64,000 nucleotides of DNA, from NCBI GenBank assembly GCA_963779025.1, contig CAVZWR010000019.1, positions 321,755 through 385,754 on the forward strand, given 5' to 3'. The stretch's first letter is position 1; the number at the start of each line of letters is the position of its first letter. A program made the translations under genes and the position numbers. This document shows, in pieces, positions 60,997 through 64,000 of the stretch. Origin of the DNA: an uncultured Actinomycetes bacterium (GTDB lineage: Bacteria; Actinomycetota; Thermoleophilia; Gaiellales; Gaiellaceae). Below the pieces are notes generated by a model. It had not been told where the DNA came from. It saw only the letters and a program-made list of their open reading frames with translations, and ran no database searches.

Positions 60997-61994
60997 GAAT
61001 CGCCGTCTGCCGCCCTCAGGTGCCGTTCGCCCGCGGCGGCGTCGAGATCTTCACGGACGACCTCGTCGCCGAGCTCGCCAAGCGCGGGCACGACGCCGAG
61101 CTCGTCACCGTTCCCTTCAAGTGGTATCCGGGCGAGCGCGTGCTGACCCAGGCGTTCCTCTGGCGGCTGCTCGACCTCGACGAGGCGGACGGGCGGCGGA
61201 TCGAGCTGGTGATCGCGACAAAGTTCCCCAGCTACGCCATCCGGCATCCGAACAAGGTCGTCTGGCTCGTCCACCAGTTCCGGCAGGCGTACGAGCTCGA
61301 CCGGACCGAGCTCGGGCAGTTCGGCGAGTCACCCGAGGAGCGCGCGATCCGTCGTCGCGTCCAGGAGCTCGACCGGGTCGCGCTGGGAGAGGCGAAGAAG
61401 GTCTTCGCTACCTCCCGCAACGTCGCCGACCGGCTCGAGCGCTCGACCGGGATCGCCGCAGAGGTGATGCCGCATCCGCCGCAGGAGCTTCCGTACCACT
61501 GCGACGAGTACGGCGACTTCGTCCTCTCGGTCGGCCGGCTCGACCGCGCCAAGCGGATCGACCTGCTGCTCGAGGCCGCCAAGCGCGGCGGGTTCCAGGT
61601 CGTCGTCGCCGGCGACGGGCCCGACCGCGAGCGGCTCGAGTCGCTCGCGAACGGCAGCGCGCGCTTCCTCGGCCGCGTCTCGGAGGAGGAGCTCGCCGAC
61701 CTGTACGCACGCTGCCTCGCCGTCTACTACGCGCCGGTGGACGAGGACTTCGGGATGGTGCCGTACGAGGCATTCCTGTCCGAGAAGCCGGTGGTGACGA
61801 CGACCGACGCGGGCGGGCCGCTCGAGGTCGTCACCGACCGTGTCACGGGCCTCGTGACCGAGCCCCGCGCCGAGGCGCTTGCCTCGGCATTCGCGAGCCT
61901 GAACCGCGACGACGCCGCTGCCTGGGGCCGCGCCGGCCGCGCGCTCGCGGAGCGCGTCTCGTGGGACGCGACGATCGAGCGTCTCGTTTCGTGA
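60993..61994 (+). CDS. glycosyltransferase family 4
   Basis: TTGA overlap with the upstream stop. Intact 333 aa. VEIFTDDLVAELAKRGHDAELV, YYAPVDEDFGMVPYEAFLSEKPVVTTTDAGGPLEVV (E-x7-E). Confidence 0.85.
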   Translation: MRIAVCRPQVPFARGGVEIFTDDLVAELAKRGHDAELVTVPFKWYPGERVLTQAFLWRLLDLDEADGRRIELVIATKFPSYAIRHPNKVVWLVHQFRQAYELDRTELGQFGESPEERAIRRRVQELDRVALGEAKKVFATSRNVADRLERSTGIAAEVMPHPPQELPYHCDEYGDFVLSVGRLDRAKRIDLLLEAAKRGGFQVVVAGDGPDRERLESLANGSARFLGRVSEEELADLYARCLAVYYAPVDEDFGMVPYEAFLSEKPVVTTTDAGGPLEVVTDRVTGLVTEPRAEALASAFASLNRDDAAAWGRAGRALAERVSWDATIERLVS

Positions 61995-63094
61995 AGGTCG
62001 CCTACTACTCGCCGCTGCCGCCGTCCCGCTCGGGGATCGCCGACTACTCCGCGCTGCTGATCCCGGCGCTCGAAGAACGGATGGAGGTCGTGGTCGCGAA
62101 GCCGGGCCGCTTCCGCCGAGAGCCCGACGCCGACGTCGCGCTCTACCACGTCGGCAACGACCCGGCCGAGCACGGCTGGATCGTCGAGGCGCTGCGCCGT
62201 CGACCGGGGATCGTCGTGCTGCACGAGTTCGTCCTCCACCACCTCGTCTCCGGGATCACGCTCGCCCGCGGCGACCTCGAGGGATACGCGGACGCGCTCG
62301 AGCGCGACGCCGGGCCCGAGGGCCGAAAGCTCGCGCGGGCGGTAGCGGACGGCCAGATCAGGCCGCTCTGGGAAACGCGCCCGACCGACTACCCCCTCGC
62401 CGGCGAGGTGCTCGACCTCGCGTCCGGGTTGGTCGTCCACTCGCGCTACGTCGAGGAGCGCGCCCGAGCCGCCGGCTACAGCGGGCCGGTCTGGCAGGTG
62501 CCGATGCCCGCCTGGCCGGTGCCCGACATCGAGCCTGCGGAGCTGGAGGGGAGCCCGCTGCTCGGTACGTTCGGGCACGTGAACGAGAGCAAGCGGATGC
62601 CGCAGCTGTTCGAGGCGTTCGACCGACTGCGTGCCCGCCGGCCGGACGCACGGCTGCTCGTCGTCGGCGCCTGGTCGCCCCGCTACGCCGATCTTGCCGT
62701 CCCCGAGGGCGTGATTCGCAGGGACTACGTGCCCGAGGACGAGCTCTGGCGTCTGCTCGACGCCTGCGACGCGGTTGTCTCGCTACGCTGGCCGACCATG
62801 GGCGAGACCTCCGCGGCGGCGATCCGCGCGCTCTCGCTCGGCAAGCCTCTCGTCGTCAGCGACGTCGGTTGGTTCGCGGAGCTGCCGGGCTCCGTGGCCG
62901 CCAAGGTGCCGGTCGGCGAGGGCGAGATCGAGCAGTTGGAGCGCGCCCTCGAGCAGGCGGTGACGAGCCCGGAGATGGGTGCCGCCGCGCTCGAGCTTGC
63001 CAGGACGGAGCATTCGCTCGACCGTGTGGCAGACCTCTACGCCGAAGCGCTCTCGATCGGGACCGGCTCGAGCCTGTCCCTCGACGCCGCATGA
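61991..63094 (+). CDS. GT4-like glycosyltransferase, tandem paralog A
   Basis: GTGA overlap with the upstream stop. Intact 367 aa. VKVAYYSPLPPSRSGIADYSALLIPAL, VVSLRWPTMGETSAAAIRALSLGKPLVVSDVGWFAELP. Confidence 0.75.
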   Translation: MKVAYYSPLPPSRSGIADYSALLIPALEERMEVVVAKPGRFRREPDADVALYHVGNDPAEHGWIVEALRRRPGIVVLHEFVLHHLVSGITLARGDLEGYADALERDAGPEGRKLARAVADGQIRPLWETRPTDYPLAGEVLDLASGLVVHSRYVEERARAAGYSGPVWQVPMPAWPVPDIEPAELEGSPLLGTFGHVNESKRMPQLFEAFDRLRARRPDARLLVVGAWSPRYADLAVPEGVIRRDYVPEDELWRLLDACDAVVSLRWPTMGETSAAAIRALSLGKPLVVSDVGWFAELPGSVAAKVPVGEGEIEQLERALEQAVTSPEMGAAALELARTEHSLDRVADLYAEALSIGTGSSLSLDAA

Positions 63095-64000
63095 AGGTCG
63101 CCTACTACTCACCGATGCCGCCGTCGCGCTCCGGGATCGCCGACTACTCGGCGCTGCTCCTGCCGGAGCTCAGCACGCGGATCGACGTCGTTGTCGCGCG
63201 GCCCGGACGCTTCCGGCGTGATCCCGCCGCCGACGTCGCGCTCTACCACATTGGCAATGACGCGGAGGCGCACGGCTGGATCGTCGAGGCGCTCCGCCGC
63301 CGGCCGGGTGTCGTCGTCCTGCACGACTTCGTCCTCCACCACCTCGTCGTCGGCCTGACGTTCTCGCGCGGCGACGCGGCCGGCTACCTCGCCGCGATGG
63401 AGCGCGAGGGCGGCCTCGTCGGGCGCCTGCTCGCCTACGCCGTGCTCGACAACAAGCTGCCCCCGCTCTGGGAGACGCGGCCCGAGGACTACCCGCTCGC
63501 CGGCGAGATCCTCCGCGACGCGACCGGCCTGATCGTCCATTCGCACTACGTCGAGGATCGCGCCCGCGCGACCGGCTACGACGGGCCGATCGTGAGGATC
63601 CCGCACCCTGCCTGGCCGATCCCGGAGCTCGCGGCCGCGCAGTTCGACGGCGACCCGCTCTTCGGCTGCTTCGGCCACCTGAACGAGACGAAGCGCATCG
63701 AGGAGCTCGTGCACGCGTTTGCCCGTGTCCGGGAGCGCCACCCGAACGCGCGGCTCCTGCTCGTCGGCTCGCTCGCCGTGCGGCTCGCGCGGCTCGAGCT
63801 CCCCGAGGGCGTCGAACACCGTGACTACGTGCCCGAGGACGAGCTCTGGTCGCTGATGGCCGCGTGCGACGCGATCGTCAGCCTGCGCTCGCCGACCATG
63901 GGCGAGACCTCCGGGAGCGCGATCCGCGCGCTCTCGCTCGGCAAGCCGCTCGTCGTCTCGGACGTCGGCTGGTTCGCCGAGCTGCCGGACGAGGCCGTGA
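63091..64000 (+). CDS. GT4-like glycosyltransferase, tandem paralog B (3' end beyond window)
   Basis: ATGA overlap with the upstream stop. MKVAYYSPMPPSRSGIADYSALLLPEL.. is colinear with paralog A at roughly two-thirds identity by eye. The frame is open to the window end. Confidence 0.75.
   Translation, partial: MKVAYYSPMPPSRSGIADYSALLLPELSTRIDVVVARPGRFRRDPAADVALYHIGNDAEAHGWIVEALRRRPGVVVLHDFVLHHLVVGLTFSRGDAAGYLAAMEREGGLVGRLLAYAVLDNKLPPLWETRPEDYPLAGEILRDATGLIVHSHYVEDRARATGYDGPIVRIPHPAWPIPELAAAQFDGDPLFGCFGHLNETKRIEELVHAFARVRERHPNARLLLVGSLAVRLARLELPEGVEHRDYVPEDELWSLMAACDAIVSLRSPTMGETSGSAIRALSLGKPLVVSDVGWFAELPDEAV

Overview
Very GC-rich window (about 70% by eye, not computed) with almost no non-coding gaps. 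It looks like a high-GC Gram-positive-type (Actinomycetota-like) genome, but that is inference only. The window is essentially one large glycan-biosynthesis super-locus, arranged as about 18 tightly packed transcription units on alternating strands. Many gene junctions are 4-nt ATGA/GTGA/TTGA overlaps. Contents: a Wzx flippase, a Wzy/O-antigen-ligase-like membrane protein, a kinase-less Wzz/PCP protein, and two initiating phosphoglycosyl transferases (one PglC-like, one WbaP-like). There are at least 14 GT4/GT2/CgeB-type glycosyltransferases, plus a GT-C-like membrane enzyme with two polyprenyl-phosphate-sugar-synthase-type GT2s. Nucleotide-sugar genes are gmd, fcl, UDP-xylose synthase and two further extended SDRs. 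There are 7-8 methyltransferases (three FkbM-type), three PAPS-type sulfotransferases, and a KpsS/KpsC-like protein. Also present are a four-member uncharacterised GT-B-like paralog family, a duplicated GSCFA/ATP-grasp module with a deletion scar, and a PhyH-type oxygenase. A secreted modification/processing set comprises a D-glucuronyl C5-epimerase-like protein, a CE4 deacetylase, two beta-propeller proteins, a clan GH-A hydrolase and a ~750 aa secreted protein. A 3-gene VOC/crotonase/acyl-CoA-synthetase island (28339-31159) interrupts the locus. I saw no rRNA, tRNA, CRISPR array, transposase or integrase. Major caveat: about two thirds of the genes can only be read by changing frame one or more times. 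By my manual reading this needs roughly 80-90 single-base indels, unevenly distributed. For those genes the coordinates are the span of colinear homologous coding signal, not a single intact ORF. Many long six-frame ORFs in the track are composites or antisense shadows. All family assignments come from motif recognition by eye, not from searches.
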